DNA of 64,000 bases, from the NCBI GenBank assembly GCA_964016885.1, contig OZ024742.1:62558001-62622000 (forward strand), read 5' to 3'. A model generated the notes under the pieces. That model worked only from the letters and a program-made list of their open reading frames with translations. It did no database searches and was not told the DNA's origin. Positions within the stretch are counted from its first letter, which is position 1, and every line of letters starts with the position of its first letter. Origin of the DNA: Eledone cirrhosa (Eukaryota). The position numbers were made by a program, and so were the translations under genes. Positions 27,070 through 40,235 of the stretch are shown here, in pieces.

Positions 27070-27409
27070 CGTCATGTACTGTGTAATAACTCTGGTGTAT
27101 TGTTGATGATATCACAGCAATACTGTCTTGCCAGGCATGAAATATCTCACAGTTTTTGTCATAGTAAGTAAAATAACTACAATAGGGCATACTAATGCAA
27201 TGCTGAATACATTCAAATATAACATTAACAAATGTCACAGGGTATGTTCTTGTCTGGTCATCAGTATGTAAAATAGCTTTTCCTTTCAGCCGATGAAAAT
27301 AGGAACCAATGTTGGTATTAGAATTAGAAGAATGTGATATATGCAGAGTGAAAAAGTGGAATATCAATAAAATTATTTTTAAATGTTGCCAGAATTTCTT
27401 CGACATCAT
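27070..27409 (-). CDS. Host gene copy A, coding exon 1: signal peptide plus PAN/Apple-like domain
   Basis: Starts MMSKKFWQHLKIILLIFHFFTLHIS (hydrophobic N-terminus) and has the Cys pattern ECIQHC-x5-CSYF-x6-C. Acceptor cttcttttcAG lies just 5' of the ATG. Donor G|gtaagt, phase 1 (340 nt). Confidence 0.8.
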
Positions 27410-28274
27410 TGTATCTGAAAAGAAGATTTTTCATTTTGTTTAGACATAAAGCCACAATATTTTATGGATGTGTGATATTGTCAATCAATCAATTCTAATG
27501 TATTGTTAACATTAATTGTATCCAACCACAAGTGATGTAAAACTAATTTAATTATGGTAGGATTTGAACTCTGAAGAGAGATGTAACTAAATGCTATGAG
27601 ATATATGTTTCTGTACACAATACAGGGGTGTCATTAATTATTGGGTCATAAGGAATTCACTGACAAAATTTATCACCATCTAAGGCACAACAAACGAATA
27701 TATTAGTGCTAAATATTTGATAAATCAGTATAATGTAATAATATTACGGAACAAAGGAACTTGACGAAGATGTCACAAATTGAAATATCATTAACATAAA
27801 ATATACTATAAGTTGCTGAAATATTTGTTATCTCCTTACACCAAAATTGTTTGTCTTCAGACTTTAATTACTATTGATATTCTAAATGGCTGCATTCGTA
27901 GCGGCCGCATTTAGCTTGTTCACTCCGATTTATGGCAGAACGGAATCCCTGTTGATGAAATAAATCCTCTGTTCGATCATGGAATACCACGAGCGTGCGT
28001 GTTACGTAAGTTGGATAAATGATTTCGGATTCATAGAAACACTTTAGAAGTATATCCTTTGATTTGTCCAGGTGTATCTTTTAACCTGTTAGTTCTTTCG
28101 TTACTTTGGTATTGTGTGGTTGGGTTTTGCCTACCTCAGTGTTCAATTTTTCAAGCTATTTAAACGCGTTATTATTCTAAGGACCTACCCTTATTGAGTG
28201 CTTTGCTAACTCATTCCTATTGTAGGTCGATTTTGCTTGCCCACAGCCAAAGCTTCGATTTTACTAAGATTCCA

Positions 28275-28335
<61 letters not shown>

Positions 28336-29179
28336 TGACGAAGTTATAGGAAATATATTCATTATAATGTCAATGGCTCATAATTATACACTGAATGAGA
28401 TATGGTTTTACGTATACTAGTTTAACGCAGTGTATATTTGTAATGTGGCGGCTGCAAGTGGTTGTCCAAACCCCAGGATTTCTGTAAATGCAGCAGTAAG
28501 CTTCGATATGTGCAATTCGTAACTTTCCGAATACAGTGGCTGCACAATGTAAGCCGTATACTACAAGAACTTTGTCAGCAGATTTGATAATTACAGAGAG
28601 AATAAAGCCATATATTCAAAATAAACATAGATATCTGATAATTACTTTGTTTCAATATAACAGTCATATTAATGTTTTATTTCCTTCGCCAAGGCGGATA
28701 CACATTATTATTTGATTTTAAATTATTTTTAATTAACATTTTAAAAATCAAAATAAATAAAAACGGTAAATTTGTTAAAGAACACACAACCACTTATATT
28801 TCAGTGGGAAAATTTATTTTTTGCCTCGAATTTTTTTGTATGCTATCAATCAATCTGACCTCCAAGATGATGACGTTCAACTTTTTTCCGGAGACCTTCG
28901 AGATTTTTATTCACGTGTTATCAACGAATATGGACCCCAAACCAGTAGGAGACAATAGATTTGTAAAAATAAAAAAGGTCATATTCGTTGATAACAAAAA
29001 TAAAAATGTATCGAAAACTCCGAGGAGAGAGAGTTATTCTGGGGGAGGGAGAACCCAGGAAAATGTTAATTACGAACACATTGGAGTCCAGATAAATTGA
29101 TAACATACACATAAAAAGAAAGAAAAAAAACGAGGAAAAAAATTGTTTTCAATTAAAATCAAGGGTGGCCGGTTTCTCT

Positions 29180-29365
29180 ATAATAATTGTTTCTACTTTT
29201 GGCACAAGGCCAGCAATTAACCCAGTGCATTTCTGGTACTTTATTTTATCAACCCCATAAGGATGATAGGCAAAGTTAACCTCGGCGGGATTTGAACACA
29301 GATCGTAAATGGCTGTAACTCTATGCCACAAAGCATGGCCTCCGACCCTCCACCGATACTGCCAA
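29180..29365 (-). mobile_element. tRNA-derived SINE (same family)
   Basis: Homologous to 7846-8032. Confidence 0.8.
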
Positions 29366-30996
29366 ATAATGCTTACACGTACAGAAATTAAAAGAAATCA
29401 AAGGAAAATATGATTTGAAATTTTGAAATGAAAATATTCTTAATTTGTCAGGTTGTTTTTTTTCCAATATTCAATTATATTTTAACTTCCACCCTTGTAA
29501 ACATAATTAACATTTTTTTAATATAATGTCGATATATGGAAATATAGTTTGGCCAGGAACTAGAACTCCGTGTAAATGAATAAATGATTAGTAATGTCAA
29601 CCAAAAAAATATGCATTAGTGTACATGGGAATGACACCACACACTTTATAGAATTAAACAATATTTCAGTTTAAGGTATACAATTGATAAATTGAAAGCA
29701 AACAATTGAATAAGCGACATTCCTCATGACCAGGCATATTTTCCTGTATCAAACATTGATTGTAGTCAATCTTAACAAGCTATTTCATAAAGGAGTCAAA
29801 ATAATATTATGATTACATTACACAATATATCTCATAACAAGGTCTTTGAATTTAAAGTCTGAACTAAGACTCCCTTGACAGTGCGATACTAAATTTATAT
29901 CAGGGAGACTTAAAACATTATCTAGCTTATATTTCAGAGGAATCTCTCGTTTCTTCATTTCCCAACACTAACCAGGGGAACATATATGAAAGAACCAGAG
30001 AGTGAGAGGATCAAGACTAAAATTAAAATATAGGGAAACAAAGTTGAATGAGAGGAAAGGTAAAACTACATACCATATACTGCTTGTATTTTCGTCTGTA
30101 CAACTCTGTCAATGTAAGTACAGGTAAATACAGGTAATGCGGTGCAATACTGCCAAAATAACTACTCGATTCAAAACAAGAGAACACAAGATGTTTCAGT
30201 AGAAACCGACTATCTTTATAAACATCAAACAACAATTAACATATTGATTAAGCAATAGAGAATATGCAATATATCGACTGTCACAATAACTAGCAATAGA
30301 TCCATTGTTATATTATTATTGATATTGTTATCAGGTAACATTTATTGTATAATATTTTATGGAATATATTATGTAAATACAGTTTAATAGAAAAAGATAA
30401 AAAGAAAAAACGGAAAACGGAGGGAATGGCAAGGACACTAGTATCACATAAGAAAGCTGATGGGAAATGATTGGGCTCTGGGCCTAGGGCGTGGCGGTAA
30501 AGGAGTTGCGGCCCGCAGACAAAGGCCAGCGACACCCGTTGCAACAGCCACCCCACTTCGCAGGGCACCTTCCCCGGAGGAGATCGACTGTACAGGGTTT
30601 TTTGTTTTAGAAATTTATTTTGACTTTTCGATCATATACCCTAGCAATGTTGCATAATTACAATTTATGTCATAACCACCCGATTTTGTTTGCTCTCATC
30701 TTTCACAATAATGCATATTCTATAAGGTTTTGTAGAGATTCGTTAGGGAGGGTGTAGATCACAATTATACTGATAAATTATTGTTTATATTAGATAAAAG
30801 TAAACCAAACCCAGAAACCTTTACATCAATACTTGCAGTTTCTTGTTCAACCTGAGTCTATAATAGATTTTCTACAGGAACAAAATGTCATTTTATCAAC
30901 TTTGAATTGAGAAATAAATATATATGTAGTTAAGAAAATAAATGAGATTCCAATTGAAACGTTTATTAAATTTTGAAATCTGGCTAAACCTTTCAT

Positions 30997-31069
<73 letters not shown>
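30997..31069. repeat. (TAC)n microsatellite
   Basis: Direct inspection. Confidence 0.95.
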
Positions 31070-31467
31070 GTTGCTGATAGCCCTCTATCTCTTCTCAACC
31101 CCTGCCTGTGTCACTTTCCTGTTCATTTTGATCCCCCAAATGTATTGCCAACGTAATTGGTATAGCAACAAGGAAATGGGTAGTGAAAAACAAAAGGAAG
31201 AACATATGAAGAGAAAAAGAGAAAACTTTGAAGAATTTGTCAAAGATACCGCTTTCTCTCTTTCCAGCTCTCTTACATGCACGATATCTCCATCATTCTC
31301 TCTGACTATCTCTCTATATCTCTTCATTCAACCTTTCGGATTTTTTCCATCAACCTTGAATAACTTATATTATAAACCTTATGAATTATCGAAGCGCAAG
31401 GAGTCTTTAAAATTTGGAGATGTGGGAGTCCCAAATAATTCTCTGCTCAATTTTGTTCGTCTCTATA

Positions 31468-32170
31468 TACGAGGGAGCTTCAAAAGGTTTGTGGAAAAAG
31501 AACAGTTGGAAAAACTGGTTTAAGTTGTGATGTTTATTTTGCAACATATGCTCCATCTAGGTCAATACATTTCTGCAAGCATTGATACCAACCTTTAAGT
31601 CCATGTATGTAAAACTGAGGGCCGTGCGATTTAAACCATGACAAAGCAGCTGTTTTTACATATTCAACTGATAGAAAATAAGTACCTTTCAATTATTTTT
31701 TCAGGTTTGAAAACAAAAAGAAGTTGGATGGGGCTAAATCAGGACAGTAAGGTGGAAAGTCGTATTGGAAGACAACGCGCCGATGCGGCTTCCCCGTGCA
31801 TTTATCCGCGATTTTCTTGGCCAGTTTAGTTAAAACGCCTTCATAATATGCAACTGTAATTGCTCCGATTTTGCCTTGACTAGCCCACTTCACACCTGAG
31901 CAGCCACTACCTCGATTGAGTTTTGTCCTCGGTATCGTGCTAGTAGAGCCAGGTTTCATCCCGGTAACAATTCTCTGGAGAAAGGCTTGTTCAAATATTT
32001 ATTCGAAAGATCTGCCCTTGTTCGCTGCTGATCTGAGCGCAACAGCTTTGGGATCCGTCGAGAGGAAATGTTGTTCCTCCCCACACTCTCCACCATAATT
32101 GCATGTTCGGAACCAACGGAGATGTTGAGTGTGTCGTCTACTGAATCAAACACATATACACAAGCCATAG
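31468..32170 (-). mobile_element. Mariner (Tc1/mariner) transposon fragment with one terminal inverted repeat
   Basis: IVTGDETW and PPYCPDLAPSNFFLF motifs. TA-flanked terminus tacgaggg at 31468. Confidence 0.85.
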
Positions 32171-32364
32171 AAGAAAAGAAAACTCACAACTTTTCTAAAG
32201 TAGCGCTTTACCAAAGGCAATTTTTCAAGACTTAAAAATTAAACGTTTTTAGCAATAGTTTTTATTTTATTATTTATTGATATATATCATTTTGGATTTC
32301 TACGGTTCTACTCTAAAAAGACAGTACTATACGACCATTCGAGGTCACAGCTTTGAGCAATATA

Positions 32365-32570
32365 GTTTGCAGTAAGAATCGGATGCTATGTTTTCCAGCA
32401 TAGTTACATCCCTTTACGGTCTGAGTTCAAATCCCGCCGAGGTTAACTTTGCCTTACATCCTTACGGAGTCGATAAAATAAAGTACCAGTCATGCACTGG
32501 GGTCGATTTAATCGACTTTCCCCCCCCAAAAGAAAATTGCTGTCCTGCCTATATAAGAAATCATTATTAT
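32365..32570 (+). mobile_element. tRNA-derived SINE (same family)
   Basis: Contains ctgagttcaaatcccgccgagg and gtcgataaaataaagtaccag. Confidence 0.8.
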
Positions 32571-33174
32571 GAAATAAAAAGACGTTGTGGTCAATTATGT
32601 CTTTTCACCACCCATAATTGATAATCTATCTGCCAGTAAAGTAACTATACCTCAACACTTATTATGGTTCCTCTTGATGTTTTATATATTGATGTTGTGG
32701 TGGTGGTGATGATTGATCCCGGTAACATTTGTTATTCTTATTATTTTTGTTGTTATTGTTCATAATTATATGACTATTTGACACTATCATCTCATGGGTC
32801 ACAATTTTCAATATTTCCTTTCACAAAATATTCATGCTGTGCAGTTTTTCATATTGCTTATAAACTATTTTATATTGATAAACTAAAGCAATTGTCTTCG
32901 GATCTTTAACCATTGTTAACATGTTTATGGACAACAATGAATATTAGCTAGTTGAAAGGAAGTATAAATTGATTTGTTTCAGCAAGTCAGATCTTTATCT
33001 AATAGTTCAATTCCAATCGATAACAGAAAATTTCATCTCCGTTTTCTGTTGAGATAAGCATGTTGAGAAACTGAGAAATACCAGAGCTTATTTCTATCAG
33101 ACATTTCCTCAGAAGAGTAACTATCACCAGAATACCAATGTCAACGCAAATAATTTTGAGATGTGTAGTTTGTT

Positions 33175-33800
33175 TTGTATATGTATATTTATGGATATCT
33201 CTGTGCTGAAAGAAGATGTTCATATTAGAGAATCCATTGCTAGAACAGAATTCTAATAATGCCTTTCCATTCGTATTTAGATCGGGATCGCTGATCCTTC
33301 CAATCACTCCTATCCATGTCAGGTGGTCAGTGCCAACATGTGCATTGAAGGCTCCCATCAGAATATAGGAATCTGTGTTAACTACAACTAACGTTGCAGT
33401 GATGTTATAGAATAAGGATCTGTATTGGGACTCCTTGTTTAGTGCATAACTTTCCACCACCCACAGAGACCTATCTTTCTGCTTAAGCTTCAAGAGACAA
33501 ATCTTCTCTCCTAATGGGATCCAGTACATGAGACATTCTGACTGTTGGGGGCTTGTGAATATCCCCACACCCACCTGTACAGTCATTTCTTATATCAAAC
33601 CTGAAGAGTGGAGTTTCCATCCTCCATCCAAATCTACAGTATCAGAGCCACAGAACTTTGTTGAGGAAACTCCGACTATATCTAGCTGATAACATCTAGC
33701 ATCCTCTACTAGATCCTTCTCTGTACCAGTAATGGTTGTGATTTTCCATGTTACAATTGTCAAGGTTTCCTGCCTTCTTAACCCTCTTTGGGGCCTCGGG
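33175..33800 (-). mobile_element. RTE-clade APE endonuclease fragment
   Basis: LDIVGVSST, QVGVGI, MGAFNAHVG, NGKALLEFC and FFQHRDIHKYT. Confidence 0.75.
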
Positions 33801-34769
33801 ATACGCAATCTTTGTACGTTCATCCTACACATCCCATGGCAAGTTGAAAGCCAGTTTTTGCTATATGACATAGGGACAGCAATATATATTTTTCGAACAG
33901 GCCACTATTCCTAATGCCTGTACTCGTCCCTTGTAAAACTGCACAAAGAATGATGCGGTATGGTTCTCTTTCGTACCTCTCACCATATTGCAGTTTTTGG
34001 TGGTACACGCCTCGTCATAGCTACATCACTGGGTTGTGTGAGTTTTATTGAGAGCTATTGATGTTATCCATTACTCTATCTCCTTTAGTTGTTTCCCGCT
34101 GCTGATCTAAAGTTGCTTTATATCTCCGGAGCTGCCCGCTTATATCGCAACTAACCATCATCTCTGGTGGCCATATCGCCTTCCGCCGCGTGTGACACGT
34201 TCTCTATTAGAACAATGAAATCAGGGACACAGATCAATAATCGATTTTGTTATCTTCTCTGATGTCTTCGATTCTGTGCTGGATGTTCATCTTAAGAGAG
34301 AGGATGAGCTGTCTACTAATCTACATCTCGTTATCGAAATCTTGGGAACACCGAAACCAAAGATGCCCACAAAACGGGCAGGTCCAATGCAACCTAGAGA
34401 GGTGGGAAGTGTTGGTGAAACAAAGTATAAAATACTATACAATAAAATGTTTATTTAATACTAGACCAACGGATCATGTTCACTTCAAAATATTTTTTTA
34501 AATGTATGTTCACTTAAACATAATGTTTAAATAAAAACGGACATGTACATATTGTGAAATGAAACTGGAAGGCCCATATATATACGTGTGATATGTGTAT
34601 ATATGAATATGTGTGTATATATATCTCCGATGTATATATATGCATGTGTGTATATATATATGTGAGTGTCTCTTATCTCTATACACTGGTCATAGACACA
34701 CACACACATATACACACATATATATATATATACACACATATATATTTATACACAACAACACCAGCAGCT

Positions 34770-34817
<48 letters not shown>

Positions 34818-34933
34818 CCCGTCTGTCTCCCCTCCCTCTCGCTATGTCTCTCTTTTAATCTACTCTGTCACAAGCACTATCTCTTTCTTTTCTCTCTCTC
34901 TCTCTCTCCCCTTCCTCTCTCTCTATCTATCTG

Positions 34934-34982
<49 letters not shown>

Positions 34983-36076
34983 AGGATAGAAGATATTGGG
35001 AATCAATAAGATAAATATCGGCCTCAGAAGTTACATGGCCCTGTGGTTAGGGTGTTGGACTCACCGTTATGTGATCGTGGTTCCTGCACCGAAAGGCGTG
35101 TTTAATTTTGGGGCGTAATATTGCATTATATATTATTCCTTCTGCCAGAGGCAGCAACAGGCTGATAGTATCAGCAATTTAATGATTAATGGAAGTATTG
35201 TTTATTTGGTCCGATTTAGGGATCGAAACCATTCCTTTGGGGGACAGTGAAATGGTTTGGTACCACCGGTACTAATAATGCTGTGTAGTGGTTTCCTGTG
35301 AAGATTTAATGGACTGTTTGCTAAACACATTGTATTTGCTAAAATGTCTAAGTTTCTGGATTATTTGACATTGGTGCTGTGTGTCGTTTAGGTTGATATT
35401 ATATAAATTATTAATTAAATGGTTCCATGTTATATAAATTATTAATTAAATGTGTTTTGAGCCTGTGCGTGTGCTTGTGCCTGTGTGTGTGTGCGGGCGT
35501 GTATGTGTGTGTGTGCGCGCGCGCGCGTGTGTGTGTGTCTGTGTGTGTGTGTCAGTGTATATTTCATCCCAGTCGAAACATTCCCAAATATGGAGATTAC
35601 TCTTGCTAAACTCAGCAGGAATATATTAATGGTTTACGAAATTATGTTCAACACAGTTTCTATTTAGACAAAGACTGAATCTATCAAAGGAATAAAATAA
35701 TATTATTATGGCTGATATTTTATAGAATGTTTTAAATACGAAATTGTTTCATCAACACCAAATAATTTAAAACAATAATATAGAAATGTATTTAATGATA
35801 TTTATTGAAACTGTAGCCAAGATATAATAGGTACCACTGAGTTAGGTGTTACATAATAACAATATTCTCTAAAGTATTTTAATTAATAGTTACACACAGA
35901 ATTATTTAATTATTTTAATTAATAGTTACACACAGAAAATAAATAAATATGTGGTGTTGGAGTTGTACCAGTTTCCTCTAATATAATATAAGGTAAATGA
36001 AAGTCATGTAGATCTATGAGGTCATTTTTCTCGTTCTCTTCTACTTAAAATATTGTGGCATAATCTTGTCAAGGTT

Positions 36077-36126
36077 TTATGTCAACTCTACATAAACTGA
36101 CAAAGAATCAGCTGTTGAATAAGATT
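36077..36126 (-). CDS. Host gene copy B, terminal coding exon 5
   Basis: Acceptor tttttctttaattttacAG. Phase 1 start gives (E)SYSTADSLSVYVELT*, compatible with exon 4. Confidence 0.65.
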
Positions 36127-36283
36127 CTGTAAAATTAAAGAAAAATAGTTTTATTATATATCAATTGATTGGAAGAATGTTCAGAAAGGTAAACAAAATA
36201 TCAGGTGATGATTAACTGTATTTAAAGATATGTCAGGTTCGAATCTGCCTTCATCTACCTGACATTATTATTATTATTATTAT

Positions 36284-39200
36284 AGTTGCATTTATCTTGC
36301 TTTATGCTCATACGAGTTATCACCAAGTCACAACCAGTGACCTCAAGAGACAACAAGGTCCGCCATGTTCAAGAAAGAACATACATATTCACACATGCAT
36401 CCTTAGTGTTTAGACTTGTGATGTACTTATATTGACAGGATCTTCCTTAGTATATGGGCAGTTCCCATTAGTACTATCTTTTGTATTTCTCCTATACGCG
36501 GGTTTCCTGGTATTTGCGATAAGTAGTCGTTAGACCCCTTAGGTATCATTCCCAGAGCGCCTACAACCACTGGTATTGTTTTAGTTCTCAATTTCCACAT
36601 TTTTCCAATTTCTATCTCCAGGTCCTTATACTTGCTCAATTTTTCAAATGTTTTTATAGATACATTCTTGTCTATTGGAACAGACATATCAATTAGCAGG
36701 CATACCCTCCTTTGAAAGTCCTTCAATATTATATCAGGTCTATTTGCATCTATTTTTCGGTCTGTTTGGATGCTAAAGTTCCACAAGATTGAGATGTGAT
36801 CTTTTCCAAGTATGGGAGGTGGTTGATGCTCCCACCAATTCTTTTGATGGGGCAGGTCAAAATGCTTACACATTATCCAATGTATGTATTGTGCAGCTCT
36901 GTCATGCCTGTTTAGGTATTCGGTTGGAGCTATAGGACTGCACATTGAAATTATATGGTCAATGGTCTCTGGTTGTTTTTTGCATACACGGCATAATGGG
37001 CTGCAGCCATTTTTTATTATGTTGGCTTGGTAATTTTTTGTTGGCAGACACTGATCTTGTGTCGATATAATCAGTCCTTCAGTCTCCGATTTCAGTCCAG
37101 AGGATGCCAACCACTGATGGGTTAAAGTTTTGTCAACATCAGGATTGTTAGCTCGCTCTGGGTATTTTCCATACAGAGGCTTTTCTTGCCATTTCTTAGC
37201 CAGTTTCTGTAGCAGTTCTTTCTTTGCAGTTACTTTTACCTGCTTTGCTTTTTCTGTGTTTTCCATTTCAGCAGTAAATGGGACTTCTGAAATTTGTAGT
37301 CCATTACTGTATCTTTGTGCATCTTTTGTAATGGAATATGATCTTTTGATGCTTTCGTGTTTCAAAACGAGTTTGATCATCCAATCATGGGATTCCCTTA
37401 GATATGTAGATAATCCAATTGTTACAGTTTTCAACGCAATGTCTAACTGGATTAACCCACGTCCTCCTTCTTTCCTAGGGAGATATATTCTATCTATATC
37501 TGCCTTAGGGTGATGCATTCTGTGCATGGTTAAGAATTTTCGAATTTTTGTATCGAGCCTACGGATCTCTGTGCTTGACCAGTTGATGACATTGTAACTG
37601 TACGTTACTACTGGTATGGCAAGCGTGTTTATGGCATCGATCCTATTCCTTGCATTCAATTCCGTTCTTAAGATTGCTCTGACTCTGCGGTAACATTCCT
37701 TCCTTATCCTTTCCCTCATTGTCGAGTGCTTGATTCCGTCTCCTTCACAAACACCTAGATATTTGTAAGTTTTTTCTTGATCAAGTTCTCTTATCACGTT
37801 CCCCCGATCAAGATTAATGTCTGAACTCTTCAGCAGCTTTCCTCTGGTGAACGTTGCTTTGGCGCATTTATCTAGTCCAAACTTCATTTTAATGTCATCA
37901 CTGAACTGCTTCACAGTGGATAATACCCCTTGCAATTGTTCATCATTTTTTGCAAATAGTTTCAGGTCATCCATGTAGAACAAGTGATTAATGGTTTTGT
38001 CATAGACTTTATATCCATCTTTTGTTTCATTGAGCATTTTACTTAATGGTATAAGTGCGATGCAGAATAAAAGCGGTGATAAAGAGTCACCCTGAAAAAT
38101 TCCACACTTAATATTAACTTCTCCAGCTTTCAGTGATTTTGTTTCACTATTCAAAAGGAGTGTCGTTTTCCATGTCTTCATACTGAATGACAAAAACCTC
38201 CTGACAACGGGGGATATTTTGAAAATCTCTAAACATTTTTCAATCCAACTGTGTGGCAAACTATCGAATGCTTTTTTATAATCTATCCAAGCAATCGATA
38301 GATTTTTGTGTCTATTATGACAATCTTCCAGTATCATTTTGTTAACCAGAAGCTGATCCTTACAGCCATATGAGCCTCGTTTACACCCTTTCTGCTCAAT
38401 GGGAAATAGGTCATTTGTTATCAGGTGGTCATATGTGTATTCAGTTAGGACTGATGTTAAAATTTTATACATTGTGGTCAAGCAAGTTATCGCTCTGTAA
38501 TTTTTGGGATTGTTTGTCTCATCATTCTTCGGAAGCAGGAATGTAATGCCGTTAACTAGCCATGATGGTATCTTTTCTGGCTCCTTAACTATTTCATTGT
38601 AAAGTTGGGCTAACAGCTCATGAGACTCTGTGAAGGCATTTATCCAAAAGTTTTGTATTTTGTCTTTTCCTGGGGATTTCCATTTGCTGGTTTTTCTTAG
38701 AGCCAAGCGCAACTGTTCAACTGTTATATTTTCCCATGTTTGTTCCTCAAGGTTAGCTGTATCTTTCATTTGTCTGTCTATCCATGGGGCATGTATGTCA
38801 TGAACTTTTTCTGCGGCCCAGATCTTTTCCCAGAATTCTTGCACTTCCTCCTTGGGTGGTATTGATTTAGCAGTTATTGTTGACTTACCAATTTTTCTGT
38901 AGAAGTTTCTTTGGTTGTTTTTGAACATATTATTGTCCTTATAGAATCTAGATCGTTTTTCAAAGCGCCTTATACGAGCAGATTTAGCCGACACTTTTTG
39001 CTTGATTATTTCTATCAGCATGTCTATGTCACATGTTGATTTTATACTGTACTTTTTTTTCAATTTTCTAAGTTTAGTTTGTTTAACATGTTCACCTACT
39101 TTATAGTTTGTTAAAATTTCTATGTCAGATCGGAGAAGATTTATTTGGCGATTGATGTTATCTTGCCAAGTAGATTTCTTGTGCGAATTCCTTTGTTTTT

Positions 39201-40235
39201 TCATCTTCACTCCACATAAGTGAGTGGTGACTTTAGCCGATGCATAATAGAGATGATTTAAATCAGTAATGTTTAGTTTGTTTGTGATGATAATGTTTTT
39301 GAGAATTATGTTAGTCTTGTGTATTATCTTTTGGTTCTGTTTGGAGTTCTGGATCTTAGGGAGGGTGTCTCGTAGCCCCATGTCAGATTCTTTCATTTTC
39401 ATCCATTCGATCATAATTTCATCCTTCAAGTTGGCAAGTTCATTGTCATTCATTTCTTTATCATTTACGATCTCATTATTTTCATTTGGAGTTTCATCCT
39501 GAGCATGCACTCCCTCCACTTTTTCGATCCTTTCTTTAATTTGTTCTGTTGCCATGATTCCGCCCCAACCCTGGGATTCGAAGTGTTACAGTTTACCTCG
39601 TTTTCACTGACACATGCTTCATATTCCCTTCGCTGACTTTGTGCTACTAGCTTGATCTGATCAATTTCTATATCAGTTAGTAACTTTTTTCTTACAATAT
39701 TTCTTCGTATATTGGCTAGTTTGTTACTGTCAATATAGCCTCTGTTTTCGGGATGTTTCTTTTTCCAGTTGATATATGTTTGTTCTGTATTCGATGTATT
39801 TGATGGGTACATGGCAGTGTAGAAAGCCTCAAGGACTTCTTTATTATCTTCCCTTGACCATTTTTCTCTCTTTTTCTTTGGATTTCTTGGTGGTGAGCAT
39901 GGAGGGCCAACAGTAGGAGTATTCCGGTTATGGGAGGTTTCCAGCTCCGAAGTGATGGGAAGGTTTGAACCATTAGCTGATTTTTCGACCCCAGTCTGGT
40001 TCCTCTCTGAGGGACGCGGCCCTTTTTTACCCGGGTGACGGCCGATCCGGTATGAGATTTTATCATTAGACATTTACTTTATTTCGTCGCGTTTTATCCT
40101 TATCCGCCAAGGGGTAATCATTTCGTGTTACCACTTCTAGAACGAGTGTCAACCAAGACTAGAGGGGTCGTTCTCCCCTAGAGACATGGCTATTCCCCGC
40201 CGGCCGCCATCCCGGTATTTCTTGGTCACGGGGTT
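36284..40235 (-). mobile_element. R4/Dong-clade non-LTR retrotransposon, near full length, 3' end at (TAA)n
   Basis: N-terminal Myb-like segment (KWSREDNKEVLEAFY), RT (GIFQGDSLSP, YMDD), CCHC finger (CRVC..H..C), RHD, and REL endonuclease (RPDI..D..EKLSKY). (TTA)n on the plus strand at 36265-36283. Confidence 0.92.
36427..39555 (-). CDS. Dong/R4 RT + restriction-like endonuclease (1042 aa open); the N-terminus continues in 39465-40073 across one frameshift
   Basis: Long uninterrupted ORF with the catalytic motifs present. Confidence 0.88.
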   Translation of the reverse strand: MATEQIKERIEKVEGVHAQDETPNENNEIVNDKEMNDNELANLKDEIMIEWMKMKESDMGLRDTLPKIQNSKQNQKIIHKTNIILKNIIITNKLNITDLNHLYYASAKVTTHLCGVKMKKQRNSHKKSTWQDNINRQINLLRSDIEILTNYKVGEHVKQTKLRKLKKKYSIKSTCDIDMLIEIIKQKVSAKSARIRRFEKRSRFYKDNNMFKNNQRNFYRKIGKSTITAKSIPPKEEVQEFWEKIWAAEKVHDIHAPWIDRQMKDTANLEEQTWENITVEQLRLALRKTSKWKSPGKDKIQNFWINAFTESHELLAQLYNEIVKEPEKIPSWLVNGITFLLPKNDETNNPKNYRAITCLTTMYKILTSVLTEYTYDHLITNDLFPIEQKGCKRGSYGCKDQLLVNKMILEDCHNRHKNLSIAWIDYKKAFDSLPHSWIEKCLEIFKISPVVRRFLSFSMKTWKTTLLLNSETKSLKAGEVNIKCGIFQGDSLSPLLFCIALIPLSKMLNETKDGYKVYDKTINHLFYMDDLKLFAKNDEQLQGVLSTVKQFSDDIKMKFGLDKCAKATFTRGKLLKSSDINLDRGNVIRELDQEKTYKYLGVCEGDGIKHSTMRERIRKECYRRVRAILRTELNARNRIDAINTLAIPVVTYSYNVINWSSTEIRRLDTKIRKFLTMHRMHHPKADIDRIYLPRKEGGRGLIQLDIALKTVTIGLSTYLRESHDWMIKLVLKHESIKRSYSITKDAQRYSNGLQISEVPFTAEMENTEKAKQVKVTAKKELLQKLAKKWQEKPLYGKYPERANNPDVDKTLTHQWLASSGLKSETEGLIISTQDQCLPTKNYQANIIKNGCSPLCRVCKKQPETIDHIISMCSPIAPTEYLNRHDRAAQYIHWIMCKHFDLPHQKNWWEHQPPPILGKDHISILWNFSIQTDRKIDANRPDIILKDFQRRVCLLIDMSVPIDKNVSIKTFEKLSKYKDLEIEIGKMWKLRTKTIPVVVGALGMIPKGSNDYLSQIPGNPRIGEIQKIVLMGTAHILRKILSI

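Noticed and set aside
30460-30600. Short GC-rich island upstream of host copy A
   Set aside because: No recognisable ORF, RNA fold or repeat partner, so a promoter call is unsupported.
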